A stretch of 60,482 nucleotides of DNA, filler included, from Hausera hauseri (taxonomy: Eukaryota): NCBI GenBank assembly GCA_046269625.1. It is 12 parts of 12 records of this genome, joined end to end, with 100 filler letters (N's around TTAATTAATTAA, not from the genome) between each part and the next. Parts side by side here need not be neighbours in the genome. Positions count along the whole stretch, not along the records: positions 31,469 to 36,583 come from JBJURY010331160.1; positions 36,684 to 40,632 come from JBJURY010864409.1; positions 40,733 to 45,539 come from JBJURY010428363.1; positions 45,640 to 52,103 come from JBJURY010097876.1; 8 more parts are not named here. The stretch is one strand, 5' to 3'. Made by a program: the position numbers and the translations under genes. Positions 36,520 through 48,600 of the stretch are shown piece after piece; within the stretch, counting starts at the first letter, position 1, and each line of letters opens with the position of its first letter. The notes beneath the pieces are model-generated. The model was not told where the DNA came from. It worked only from the letters and a program-made list of their open reading frames with translations, and searched no databases.

Positions 36520-37302
36520 TAAATTAAAAAATTACAATTTGAATAAATCCAGAATAAGTAATATTCTAAATTCTACTTATAAANNNNNNNNNNNNNNNNN
36601 NNNNNNNNNNNNNNNNNNNNNNNNNNNTTAATTAATTAANNNNNNNNNNNNNNNNNNNNNNNNNNNNNNNNNNNNNNNNNNNNTCCTTATTCTGCCCTCT
36701 CCTTTTACAAAAAGATAAATTTCTCCCAGAAATATCTTTTTCAAACTACTATATTAACTTAAGTCTCTACTTATGTAACCCCGGTAACAAAATGTATACA
36801 ACAACTTTATTACTGGATCTAAATGATCTTAATCTGTACGTATATACACCAACTCAAAATTATTTGCTTTCGCAAGAAATCTGTGATACCCAACTTTGAA
36901 AATATTAATACTACTTGGTCATAAAATCGGGAACTTAATCTAGAGTTAAGGAACTCGTACTCAGCAATCGTTATATTAGGAATCTGATACTTCAGTTTAC
37001 AGTCATATTATCTCCCACGTTAAGTATACGAGCCTTTGCAAATCAACTTAATGTTAATGGGAACTCTATCAGATCTATATGATTAAATAGTTATCTCAAC
37101 CCCTTATTCTTAAATTGTGAATGCATCATGTCTGCTTACTTCTGGACATCTATGATCCTCGACTGCTACTTCATCAACGACTAACAACTTCATCAACTAC
37201 TAACTACTTCTCATTTGTCACCTATTTGCATCAACTTTTTTTTTTCCATTCTCATCTCTTCTTTCAGTTACAATTCATCTGTACTCATCTGCCGCAACTG
37301 TC

Positions 37303-38187
37303 TTAAATCATTGCCGAAGCAAACTGGTACCCTGTTCGAAGGCTATTCCACATTCGACTAACGACATTTGTTTCCACCTTATGTGTCTTTCGTCCGACAC
37401 TTTCAACAGTGTCCGGTGGTCGTGACCTTGTTTGCAAATCAACTGTATCTCTATGCTTCCTTATGACTTTCTCTTGTTTAATACGCCCACTCTTCTTCCT
37501 AACGTTATCTCCACATTGAGTCAAAGTGTCCGCATACAGCTTCTCTACACCTTGTAAAGCAGAATCCTTTCCTTGATACCTCACATGTCTATCTTCACTA
37601 GCTTGACAACTTACTTCCCTCATTTCGCACATTAACTGTCGAATATCTGCCAATTCGTTATCCGTTGGAGCAGAAAACATGTGAAACTCTTGAATTCTCG
37701 CTTCTATTGCTGCTTGAGAACGTTTACACTGTTCATGAACTTCGAGAACCTGTCGATCCATCTCATTCGTGGCTGCTATGGCATCCTCATGAACCTCGTG
37801 ACTAACAATAATGTGATCAACCTCATGTGATTTCCTCTCGGGACGTCTAACTTGATCAACCTGTTTGACACTAACATTCGCCTGCAATTCAGCCATTTCG
37901 ATGTAATTATCAAATAACTGCAGCGCTAACTCCTCAAGTGCACGTGCTTTGGGTAGTAAATCGATGTGGAACTTTTCCTCCAACATGTGTCGTACTTGTT
38001 TAGCAGAGAGGGTGGAAAGATCGGCTGCCTCAAAAATGCTTTCAATAGCTGCTGTTAACTGTTCGGTATTGGGCTCAATACTCCTCTTATACACACGAGC
38101 GTTTCTCAGACTCATTTCTGTAACCAACCTGTGTCTTCGATGCGTAATATCATCCATAGCATCTGGAACATGTTTGCTTGCCATCAA
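37303..38187 (-). CDS. DEK-C-like domain plus coiled-coil protein (294 aa), probably a frameshifted continuation of the 532-aa ORF
   Basis: PNTEQLTAAIESIFEAADLSTLSAKQVRHMLEEKFHIDLLPK fits the DEK C-terminal pattern (P.D.EL..AI..IL..ADL..VT.KQVR..LE..F..DL..K). The frame stays open back to about 38250. Confidence 0.75.
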   Translation of the reverse strand: MMASKHVPDAMDDITHRRHRLVTEMSLRNARVYKRSIEPNTEQLTAAIESIFEAADLSTLSAKQVRHMLEEKFHIDLLPKARALEELALQLFDNYIEMAELQANVSVKQVDQVRRPERKSHEVDHIIVSHEVHEDAIAATNEMDRQVLEVHEQCKRSQAAIEARIQEFHMFSAPTDNELADIRQLMCEMREVSCQASEDRHVRYQGKDSALQGVEKLYADTLTQCGDNVRKKSGRIKQEKVIRKHRDTVDLQTRSRPPDTVESVGRKTHKVETNVVSRMWNSLRTGYQFASAMI

Positions 38188-38191
38188 ATCA

Positions 38192-39790
38192 TTAGCCTGT
38201 ACTGGTTTCTTTCTTTTCTGTATCTCTGTTCTGCTCCCACTGCAATACTTCTATCTGCTCCACACCCTTGCAACAACTTTCCTCTGTCAATGCACTGGCA
38301 TTCGCATGTTCATGCCACGTCCAGGTCGGATAATCCGAAAGAATATCCTTGCACAAGTCCATATACCATTGCTTAATACACTTTACCTCATATGTGGTAT
38401 CTGAATATGCTTGATACAAACGGTCTAAAGCCTTTTTCGTAAACTTTCCTTTTTCGATAATCGCACACCAAACGTCCTGACATCCCGATATCAAGTCTAA
38501 AGACAATAGCAACTCATGTTCACCTGTAGGTAAGACTTGCGTTTCGAGCTTTTTAACATATTTTCTCACTTTATCTCGATGTAGATCCGAAGTTTTGATC
38601 AAACTACACATGTCATGTTTAAGGTTTATGTATTTCTCGTCTATCTTATGCTTTTGTTTACCAATTGTACTTAAGCTGTCTTGCAATTCTAAAAGTAGTG
38701 TCTCTTTTTCTAACAATTGCTTTCGCAGATTGTCTACTTCTATAACATTTATCGTGTTGGTGTCTAATCTTTCTTTTAATTCTTGATTATCGTATCTTAA
38801 TTGCTTATTTTGTATCTTTAAGTTCTCTATGATTTCTACAAGTTCTTTAGCTTTGTGATTTAATTGTTCTACATGGCCTTGTAAATTTACAATTATCTGC
38901 TTATTCGCTTTGTCTGTTTCTGTCATAACCTCAACTTCTTTATTCTTATTGTTCGCCTTGTCCCGAATTTCTTCTCGCTTACTAGACGCACTAAGTTTTG
39001 TAGTAGCTTCTTCAGACTGCTTGTTCAGTGTTTCATGAGCTTGGTGGAAAGATCTATCAACACCGGCTTCCATGACTCTGTCATTGTCCGACAAGTCTGA
39101 TTCCGTAATGCCGATCCCTGTATCTGTAGAACCATCCATTTCTTTCTCATTTGCCTCATTTGTTACCCTATTTCGCTCCACATGTATGTTCGAAACTGAT
39201 TGCATGGGACCGTTAACTACCTTTTTACTTTTAACTTTCAAGAAAGACTCGTTAACGTGCATACTATGTCGTATCTTGTCCTTCAGCTCTACTGATTTTT
39301 GTCTCGCATGCACCTTAAGTTCGGAATAAGTTTTCGTATCTTCTAATATATTCTGATCAGTAGTAAGCTCAGCGTCACTGTCTAATAATGCTCCTAGATG
39401 TTTAATGTTCTCATGGGGTTCAAAATGTTCTGATCTTAAATTAGTTTCAAGTAGTGAGCTACCCTGATTTTTGCATTCTCTATCTTGACTCCAACATTTC
39501 GGCAGTTCTAAGTCATTACAATTCCTATTATTATTCTTCATTTGAGACTGTAAATCTTGAACCTTATCAACTAGCTGTGTCATTTTAATCAGCACTTTCC
39601 TTAATGTGGGCTCATAGCTAGGCTTAGGGAACCAATAACAATTACTTGCATAGTGTCCGTATCTACCACATGTAAAGCATTTGACTGGAAGGTATCTCTT
39701 ATGTTCGAAGGACTGTAGTCGAGCATCACTAGTGCAATTCGGACTGGACCCAGGGGACAATGCTAACAGTGCGTCAGCCTTACAAACCAT
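38192..39790 (-). CDS. Gag-like CCHC zinc knuckle plus long coiled-coil protein (532 aa)
   Basis: CFTCGRYGHYASNC at 39679-39638; heptad-rich K/E/L central region; no internal stops. Confidence 0.8.
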   Translation of the reverse strand: MVCKADALLALSPGSSPNCTSDARLQSFEHKRYLPVKCFTCGRYGHYASNCYWFPKPSYEPTLRKVLIKMTQLVDKVQDLQSQMKNNNRNCNDLELPKCWSQDRECKNQGSSLLETNLRSEHFEPHENIKHLGALLDSDAELTTDQNILEDTKTYSELKVHARQKSVELKDKIRHSMHVNESFLKVKSKKVVNGPMQSVSNIHVERNRVTNEANEKEMDGSTDTGIGITESDLSDNDRVMEAGVDRSFHQAHETLNKQSEEATTKLSASSKREEIRDKANNKNKEVEVMTETDKANKQIIVNLQGHVEQLNHKAKELVEIIENLKIQNKQLRYDNQELKERLDTNTINVIEVDNLRKQLLEKETLLLELQDSLSTIGKQKHKIDEKYINLKHDMCSLIKTSDLHRDKVRKYVKKLETQVLPTGEHELLLSLDLISGCQDVWCAIIEKGKFTKKALDRLYQAYSDTTYEVKCIKQWYMDLCKDILSDYPTWTWHEHANASALTEESCCKGVEQIEVLQWEQNRDTEKKETSTG

Positions 39791-40732
39791 TTTGACTGCC
39801 TGTGATCCGCATACAAATGTGTCAACTCAATCTCAAGGTATCTCTTATCCCTGTCTTTACATAAACCCTGTGTCAACACTATTGCCTCACACTATTATCA
39901 CTTAATAGCTTGCCTTGACTACGTCTCAGGAAAATCTCTTCTACAATAAGTCTCACCAATTAGTTTTACATCAGCATTTACATCATGTAACTTCTTGGAA
40001 ACAACAACAGCTTAAATCATAATCATCAGAGTATTCTTAACTCGTGACTTTACAATATGTCAGAACCAACTGTGATTTGGCAACAATTAGCACATTTATC
40101 TTCTGAATAAATACTAACACATCTCAAACTTCTCAACTCAATATATTGCTTCAACGGAATTCGTCTTGTCTCCTCAACTGGGGGATCAATACCATGTGTT
40201 CATCAACTGGGGACTAGGACTAGCCATGGTAAACCGCTTTATCAACAAAAAAACCCACTTATGGCTTATACTTCACTATCCCAATCTTTAGCTCAGCTTT
40301 AAACAAAATCTTTGTCTCAACCTTAACCAAAGTGTTTATCTCAACAAAAGTTCAACAAACTTCTAAACCTCACAACAAAATATTCATACAACTGTCTCGT
40401 CTTGTCTTCACCAGTGTTCACTGTGGCAAGTGTGTGTCAGCTGCGGATCAGCGCCTGTGTCATGGGCATCAATTGGAAAGTGTGTTTGTGATAGCGTCAG
40501 TCATGGGCATCACGTAATAAAAGGGTTGTGTGGTAGGGTCGCCATGAGCATCAATTCACCAGAGGTATTTTCTTCAAGGTTGGTGTGTGATCGAGTGCCT
40601 GAACTCAACAACCGGTTCAGAGAGGCCACTAANNNNNNNNNNNNNNNNNNNNNNNNNNNNNNNNNNNNNNNNNNNNTTAATTAATTAANNNNNNNNNNNN
40701 NNNNNNNNNNNNNNNNNNNNNNNNNNNNNNNN

Positions 40733-40860
40733 AACCAGAGATCATGGGAATTTATTACTAGAAAATCGGGGAGAAAAAAATCCCAAGTGCTTCCACTGGG
40801 ATTTGAACCCCGTACCTCTAGCTCTCGAGGCGGACTTCATACCTCGAGACCACTGAGCCC
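40733..40860 (-). mobile_element. tRNA-Pro-derived SINE (head 40860-40789)
   Basis: GGGCTCAGTGGTCTCGAGGTATGA..GAGGTACGGGGTTCAAATCCC resembles tRNA-Pro with A and B boxes. The acceptor and anticodon stems are broken and a non-tRNA body follows. Confidence 0.7.
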
Positions 40861-41449
40861 CTAAGAGAAGAAATTAAACGTTCTTTTGACACGCTGCAAA
40901 AGCTGGCCATCAACAACAAAATGTGAAGGAAAGGCTTAGATGATGGATTGCCCCTCTTTCCGAAATGAGAACATCAGTTACAGTGTTTAAATGTAACCCT
41001 ATAGCTCCCGTAGTTGAGACTCTGTCTACGAGCTGCAAAATGTAACGTTAGTTGAAGTCGGCCACGATGTACCAGGATATGTTAATTCAGTGAGGTTCCC
41101 TGTAATCACACGCAATCACCAGTCTGTTACCATAACGCTGCGTGAGCTGTCCTTGTACTTCTAAATAACACATAACAAGGTTGTCTCGGTCAAACGTTAG
41201 ATAGAATTAAAGCTCCTCGCCCCACACCTGAAGTATGTACGTTCGTTTCCAATATAAGGTATGCGATTGGCTTTTTCGTCTTGTCAGACGGTCTTAAAAG
41301 CAGAAAATACCGTCTGCTGTCCCACTGACCAGGTTTTTTTTTTTTTTTGAGTGCTAAATCTACCAACGATTGACTTACAAATTCTCCACAGTATGAGCAT
41401 GCTATACCTATATTATTTTCTCCTTCATTGTTGCATCTAGGTCTTTTTG

Positions 41450-41680
41450 TCATTCAGTTTGTCCAATAATGCCGCATCGAATGTTGTTTTGCCTCTGGAG
41501 AGATAACTCCCTTCTCAAGCAAATTACTGCTAGCTTTTCCAAGTCACTAACATCAATGAGAAGGTTGATGTTTTACAGTTATCATTGCATCTCGTGTTTG
41601 GTCGTCCTCATCTCTTTGTCCCCTCTGACAACTCAACCAGTCAAATCTGTCTGGAAATGCGTCTGTCAATCACTCTACTA
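41450..41680 (-). mobile_element. RTE-clade LINE 3' remnant
   Basis: RVIDRRISRQI*LVELSEG..GRPNTRCND resembles the RTE C-terminal RM.D.R.P.QIL.GEL..G.R..GRP..R..D. Confidence 0.5.
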
Positions 41681-43641
41681 ATACACCCTTTTATGCCAAA
41701 TGTACCCAACATTTAAAGGGAAATGAACATTTAGTACAACAAAACACTAAACACATATACAAACACTTAGTACAGTTACAAGAACCACCACTATATAGAA
41801 GAATAAAAAGAGGATACAGTCTCTTCATTACAAACTACAAGGACATCTTCACAGATCTGCACAAACTGCCAGTACAGCCACAAGCTAAGGAAGTTACATA
41901 CAGACTCTTGTTCAGCATGTCACCTATCATACAATCAACACCACAATCTACTATCTTTCCAAGGTGTAGGTTATGTAATACAGGAATTCGCGAGACCGAG
42001 GACCATATTTTTTTCCATTGTTCCACTGTTACTCCTGCAATAAAAGCTCTTCACAGACTCATCACACCACACGCAAAACAGGCAGACATTTACAGAGCAA
42101 TTTTTCTGAACACGATACCCGTCACTGACAAACAAACTAAAACGACGTTGTTAGCTCTAATAGCAGACTACAGACTGTTGGTTTGGACGTGTAGAAATAG
42201 AGCAGTGTTTGATGGTAGAATGTGTGATGCGGAAATCTTTTCTGAGAAACTCAAACGTACAATTCAGAATCGACTGCAGTAACAACAATATACACCATCA
42301 CACACCAGAACCATCTAATTCTCTTTGTTCCTGTGAATAAGACACCAAGTTTTGTGATCTGACTGATATGCAAGTGGTCTGAGCGAGTGGTCCTTGTGTA
42401 TCCTTGGACTCAGATTTCCATTTCATGTTATAAAATGCAAAACCCAATGTATAGTCACACTTTGTAGCACCTTTTATCATGAATTTCATATATTACAAAA
42501 TGTAAAATGTAAACTGTTTGAAATGTGCTAACATATTTAATGTCCTATATAAATAGTTTGAAATGTGTCCAGATATCTAATATAAAACATATTTTATTTA
42601 GACTTTTGATTACTTATCTAATGCACACTTCTTTCATACAAAAGTCGTTATCGACTTCCTTCTTGACGTTCCATACTCTCTCTTATGTAATCCTATGTCT
42701 CTTCCCACGTGTTGGGTTTATTTCCCAATCACCGCCAGTTGTCTGGCGCTGTCCTTTCCCCTTATCTGCCATGCATCTGATGGTAATCCTCCTCATACCA
42801 AGCATCGCTTTTTATCTCTACCCTTTCCTCCAGTCTCAAGTTACTTTCTGCAGCTCTCGGCACCTTCAACAAGTCAAGCGGATTCCATATACTTCACTTT
42901 AAACCCGCAAGTCTTTACTCATGTCCCAATGACCAATCCCTATAGTCTCTTAGATGTAAACCCTTCCTATATTCTTTTTCTGCGGCCACAGGCCACTTTA
43001 ACCGTATGTAAATAGATTTCGTTGTACCACCTTTCAAAGTACGGCAGGAATGGTTATGTTTTATAAATTTGTAATTTTGCCCAAATAAGGCTGACATCTT
43101 TCTAGTGTAAATAAATCCAGTCGCAAAGACCAGAAGATCAGCAAATAGACAAGGACCACGCCCTTAAGAGAATAGACAGAGGCACTCAATTAACTTCCCA
43201 TGTTAGTCACCATCTATCAATAAAAGGGACTAGTCGTGCATAAAGCATGAATAGCTAGGGTCCTGAATAGAGAACAAAAGAGCGACAACCACTCCTAAAT
43301 TCTGACAAAGTAAAGTGTCGACAAAACATGTTGACACCTGATAGCGTCAGTAAGACCAGAGACGCCACCCCGTCTGGCCTTAATCCATTATCAACCCTGA
43401 AACAGCCAACCAACCCAATTGCCATGACATTTTGTATGTAATCATGCGTTGTGTGTGTAAGTACAGGAGCGTGAGTGCGTGGGGTTAAAATTATACAAAC
43501 AACAATCCGATGTCACTGAGAGAATGTACTGAACGCTAGCTAAATTTTTTACGATATGTATCAGACATGCCATATTTTGTATTACATTTCATTGAAATTG
43601 TCTATGAAGTCAATAAAAGCTTAAAAAAAAAAAAAAAAAAA
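41680..43641 (+). mobile_element. 5'-truncated Tx1/L1-like LINE: ORF2 C-terminus (41680-42282), ~1.3-kb 3' region and poly(A)
   Basis: zf-RVT CRLC..ETEDHIFFHC and LVWTCRNRAVFDG. AATAAA near 43613 and an A-tract at 43623-43641. Possible TACTAA TSD. Confidence 0.8.
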
Positions 43642-45085
43642 TTTACTAAAGATTTCCGTGGAGAGGAGCAATACAATGAGTCTATAGAATATTTTTCAAA
43701 CCCTACAACCTAGGGTGCATACTGAATAATAATGGTTGGTTTAATGGACACATTATTTCAATAATTGTGACTCTCGCAATATATTGTGACCTGTAAATTG
43801 TCACTGGGTCTTAACGTGTCCGAATATTTCCTTCATTTATAGTATAATGCATATTTTTCAAATCATGATGAGGTGTCAATATGTGCAGCGTAGACCGACA
43901 TGGATTTTTTTTTTATCTCTCTCTGGACATCTGACTCGCAGGCTGAAGGAGAGTAAGAGGCCGAAAACCAGTGATATGCTATGGCTTGATTAAATATCCA
44001 CATTTCTTTTAATTATGAATTCACTTGGTTTATAGAAGAAAAGAGAAAACTTTCACTCATTCATTAATTTTGTTGTTGGTTTTTTTTTTTTTTACCCTAC
44101 ATCTTGAGCTTCATGAACCCTTTCCTGTACCGCCACCTTGTGTTAATGCTAATCCGTGAGTCACGTGCACCCCTTTTGTTGTTAATGAAGGTTTAGTGTG
44201 TACGTTTGTGTACATATGTAACCACACTGTAGATGTGCTACAAAAAAAACTGAGTAATGGCTTGAAGTTATCTCTTTTGAGTTTTTTTCAAGTGGCCCAA
44301 TATTTCTTTTGGTGTTGCAGAAAAGCATTGGTGCTGCACGGTGAAGGAGTATAGAATATTAGGGGTTTATGTGTGTTTGTTTGTTTGTTTCGCCCCTTCT
44401 GAATTGAAAATTATAGTGTTGAGAATTCACTGTGGCAGAGTTAATAAAACGCTCAGCATACAAACTTTGTTTGTTGTCACTACGTTGAGTGTAGGAAGCT
44501 GTTAATTTATGTTTGGTTTACTAAATGTTTGCCACATTTCATTACGAAGCTTTGTTTTTTTTTCAGTTGTGTGTGGTTGAAAGTGGATAATGGTTGCCCA
44601 TTTCATGTTATACATTGTAGTCTGCTACTCATGAGTTCTGTTTTTAAATTTGAACAGTTTGCCATTTCCTTGTGTATTTGTTGCATTTAAAATAACTGTT
44701 CATTATTGCTGATATATTTTATTGCAAATGCTGTAAGTACTTCTAAGTAGGAAACACTAGTCTAAGATAAAGATGGTGTATCAACAGGAATCATTGGCAA
44801 GAACAGAGTCAGAATGTGTGTTATGGTTGGTAGTATATCCGCAAATTTTAGTGACTGCTAGAGCCAGATGGAACGATTTGGGGGGGGGGGGGGTTACTTA
44901 ATGAAAGTTATTCTTTCAATTTATTTGTTAATTTTATTCACTGGTTTTGTTTATGTCTGTCTTTATTTAAAAAAAAAAATGTGTATTAGTGATATGCCTA
45001 ACTTAACAACCAGTTTTCTTGTTTCTATTCTTCATTTCTTGCCAACTGTTAGTAAAGTTTAAAAACAATTTAAAAAAAAAAAAAA

Positions 45086-45539
45086 TTGTCTGGCTATTAT
45101 TGGCCAAATACCAAGATACACATACACAACAACACTGGCGACTTTCGGGATGATGTTGCTTGTGACCGACTTGGCACGCACTTGTGGAGAGCACTGCGCA
45201 GGCCGTGTACCGTGGGCGAGACCACCGGGCAGAGCAGAAAGAGGCGCTCCTCCGATTCCCCCATCTCGTTGCAGAGTCTGCAAAGGGCCGCAGTCGTGGA
45301 GCCAGAGAATGTGCGCTTGATTGGTGTCATATTGTAAAGTAGGCTGTAGGTAATCTCTGTGGCTCTTGGGTCGGTTGCCGTGTTGTGTAGGTTTGCAAAA
45401 ACCTCTGTGTAGTCGAAGACGAAGTAGTCGTATTCGTTCTTTATGCGGCGAGCCATGGGTGGTGCTTGCGCCTTGGCGAGGTGTCTGTAGATCGTCTTGG
45501 TGGGTTAATGTATCAGGCGACTGTTGTGGCGTATGTAGT
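45086..45539 (-). mobile_element. Second, diverged Tx1/L1-like ORF2 C-terminal fragment
   Basis: RRIK..Y..LH..P.A.E.TY.LL..M.PI..CRLC..ESEERLFLLC, homologous to the 41790-42100 translation. Confidence 0.8.
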
Positions 45540-45639
45540 NNNNNNNNNNNNNNNNNNNNNNNNNNNNNNNNNNNNNNNNNNNNTTAATTAATTAANNNNN
45601 NNNNNNNNNNNNNNNNNNNNNNNNNNNNNNNNNNNNNNN

Positions 45640-48600
45640 CCGGAACTGGGTTAGTCCAAAACTTATTTCGACTAAACTTATTGCCGTGAGTCCGATTTTG
45701 CAGGTGTCCGAAACAGGGTCAGTCGAAAATTTGTTTGAACTCAATTAATAGCGGGGAGTTCGAATTTACATGTGCCGAAACCGGGTCAGTCGAAAATTTG
45801 TTTCAACTCAATTAATTGCGGGGAGTCCGAATTTGCAGGTGTGCGGATGAGGGTGAGTCCAAAATTTTTATGACTCAATTCATTTCGGTAAGACAAATGC
45901 GCAGGTGTCCTGAAACTGGGTCATTCTAAAATTTTTTTCGACTAAACTCATTGCGGTGAGTCGGAATATGCAGGTGTGCGGAACAGGTTCATTCCAAAAT
46001 TTGTTTCGACGTAACTCATTGAGGTGAGTCGGAATTTGCATGTGCCAGAACTGGGTCAGTCCAAAATTTATTTAGACTAAACTTATTGCCGTGAGTCCGA
46101 TTTTGCAGGTGTCCGAAACAGGGTCATTCCAAAATTTTTATCGATTAAACTCATTGCGCTGATTCCGAATATGCAGGTGTCCGGAACTGGGTCATTCTAA
46201 AATTTTTTTCAATTAAACTCATTGCGGTGAGTCCGAATATGCAGGTGTCCGAAATAGGGTTATTCCAAAATTTTTATCGATTAAACTCATTGCGCTGATT
46301 CCGAATATGGAGGTGTCAGGAACTGGGTCATTCCAAAATTTGTTTCAAAGTAACTCATTAAGGTGAGTCGGAATTTGCATGTGCCAGAACTGGGTCAGTC
46401 CAAAATTTATTTCGACTAAACTCATTTCGGTGAGACAAAATGCGCAGGTGTCCGGAACTGGGTCATTCCAAAATTTTTTTCGATTAAACTCATTGCGGTG
46501 AGTCCGAATATGCAGGTGTCCGGAACTGGGTCATTCCAAAATTTTTTTTGATTCAACTCATTTCGTCAAATCTAATATTCACGCGTCCGGAACAGGCTGG
46601 TTCCAAAATTTGTTTCGACGTAACTCATTGAGGTGAGTCGGAATTTGCATGTGCCAGAACTGGGTCAGTCGAAAACTTATTTATACTAAACTTATTGCCG
46701 TGAGTCCGATTTTGCAGGTGTCTGAAACAGGGTTAGTCGAAAATTTGTTTCAACTCAATTCATTTCGGGGAGTCCGAATTTGCCTGCGTGCGGATGAGGG
46801 TGAGTCCAAAACTTTTTTCGACTCAACTCATTTCGGTGTGTCAAAATACGCAGGTGTCCGGAATTGGGTCATTCCAAAATTTTTTTCGATTCAATTCATT
46901 TCATCTCGACGTAATTCATTGAGGTGAGACGGAATTTGCAGGTATCGGAACTGGGTCAGTGCAAAATTTTTTTCGACTAAACCTACTGCAGTGAATCCGA
47001 TTTGGCAGGGGTCCGAAACGGGGTCAGTCGAAAATTTGTTTCAACTCAATTAATTGCAGGGAGTTCGAATTTGCATGCGTGCGGATGAGGGTCAGTCCAA
47101 AACTTATTTCAACTAAACTTACTGCCGTGAGTCCGATTTTGCAGGTGTCCGAAACGGGGTCAGTCGAAAATTTGTTTTAACTCAATTAATTGCTGGGAGT
47201 TCAAATTTCCATGCGTGCGGATGACGTCAGTCCAAAATTTGTTTCGACTCAACTCATTTTGGTGAGTCAAAATACGCAGGTGTCTCGATCTGGGTCATTC
47301 TAAAATTTTTTTCGATTAAACTCATTGCGGTGAGTCCGAATATGCAGGTGCCCGGAACTGGATTATTCCAAAATTTTTGCGATTCAAATCATTTCGTCGA
47401 ATCTGATATGCACTTGTTTGTAAAAGAGTCATTCCAAAATTTGTTTCGACGTAACTCATTGAGGTGAGTCGGAATATGCAGGTGTCGGAACCGGGTCAGT
47501 CTAAAATTTATTTCGACTCAACCCATTGCAGTGATTCCGAATATGCAGGTGTGAGGAAAAGGGTCATTCCAAATTTTGCTTCGACGTAACTCATTGAGGT
47601 GAGTCCGATTTAGCAGGTGTCCGAAACAGGGTCAGTTGAAAATTTGTTTCAACTCATTTAATTGCGCGGAGTCCGAATTTGCAGGCATGCGGATGAGGGT
47701 CAGTCCAAAATTTTGTTCGACTCAACTCATTTCGGTGAATCAAATTACGCAGGTGTCCGGAACTGGGTCATTCCAAAATTTTTTTGGCTAAACTCATTGC
47801 AGTGAGTCCGAATATGCAGGTGTGCGGAACAGGCTGATACCAAAATCTGTTTCGACGTAACTCATTGAGGTGAGACGGAATTTGCAGGTGCCGGAACTGA
47901 GTCAGTCCAAAACTTATTTCGACTAAACTTATTGCCGTGAGTCCGATTTTGCAGTTGTCCGAAACAGGGTCAGTCGAAAATTTATTTCGACTCAACCCAC
48001 TGCAGTGAGTCCGAACATTCAGGTGTCCGGAACTGCACCATTCCAAAATTTTTTCCGATTCATCTCATTTCGTCGAATCTGATAAGCACTTGTCCGGAAC
48101 ATAGTCATTACAAAATTTGTTTCGACGTAACTCATTGAGGTGAGACGGAATTTACATGTGCCAGAACTGGGTCAGTCCAAAATTTGTTTCGACTAAACTT
48201 ATTGCCGTAAGTCCGATTTTGCAGGTGTCCGAAACAGGGTCAATCGAAAATTTATTTCGACTCAACCCACTGCAGTGAGTCCGAATATTCAGGTGTCCGG
48301 AACTGCGTCATTCTAAAATTTTTTCCTATTCATCTCATTTAGTCGAATCTGATATGCACTTGTTTGGAACTGGGTCATTCCAAAATTTATTTCGACGTAA
48401 CTCATTGAGGTGAGACGGAATTTGCAGGTGCAGGAACTGGGTCAGTCCAAAATTTGTTTCGACTCATCTCATTGCGGGGAGTCCGAATTCGCAGGTGTCC
48501 GAAACAGGGTCAGTCGGAAATTTGTTTCAACTAAGTTCATCGCGGTGGTCCAAATATGCAGGTTTTCGGAACTGGGTCATACCAAAATTTTTTACCATGC

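Larger units (their letters stand above)
36684..40632 (-). mobile_element. Putative non-autonomous (pol-less) LTR retroelement
   Basis: Minus strand: LTR-like end ..GAACA, then C, then TGGTGAAGACAAGACGAG (PBS-like, 40413-40396). PPT-like AAAAGGAGAGGG at 36706-36695 lies next to the contig end. CCHC ORF between them; no PR, RT or INT. Confidence 0.65.

Noticed and set aside
40789-40860. Functional tRNA-Pro gene
   Set aside because: The acceptor and anticodon stems do not pair properly and a SINE-like body follows.
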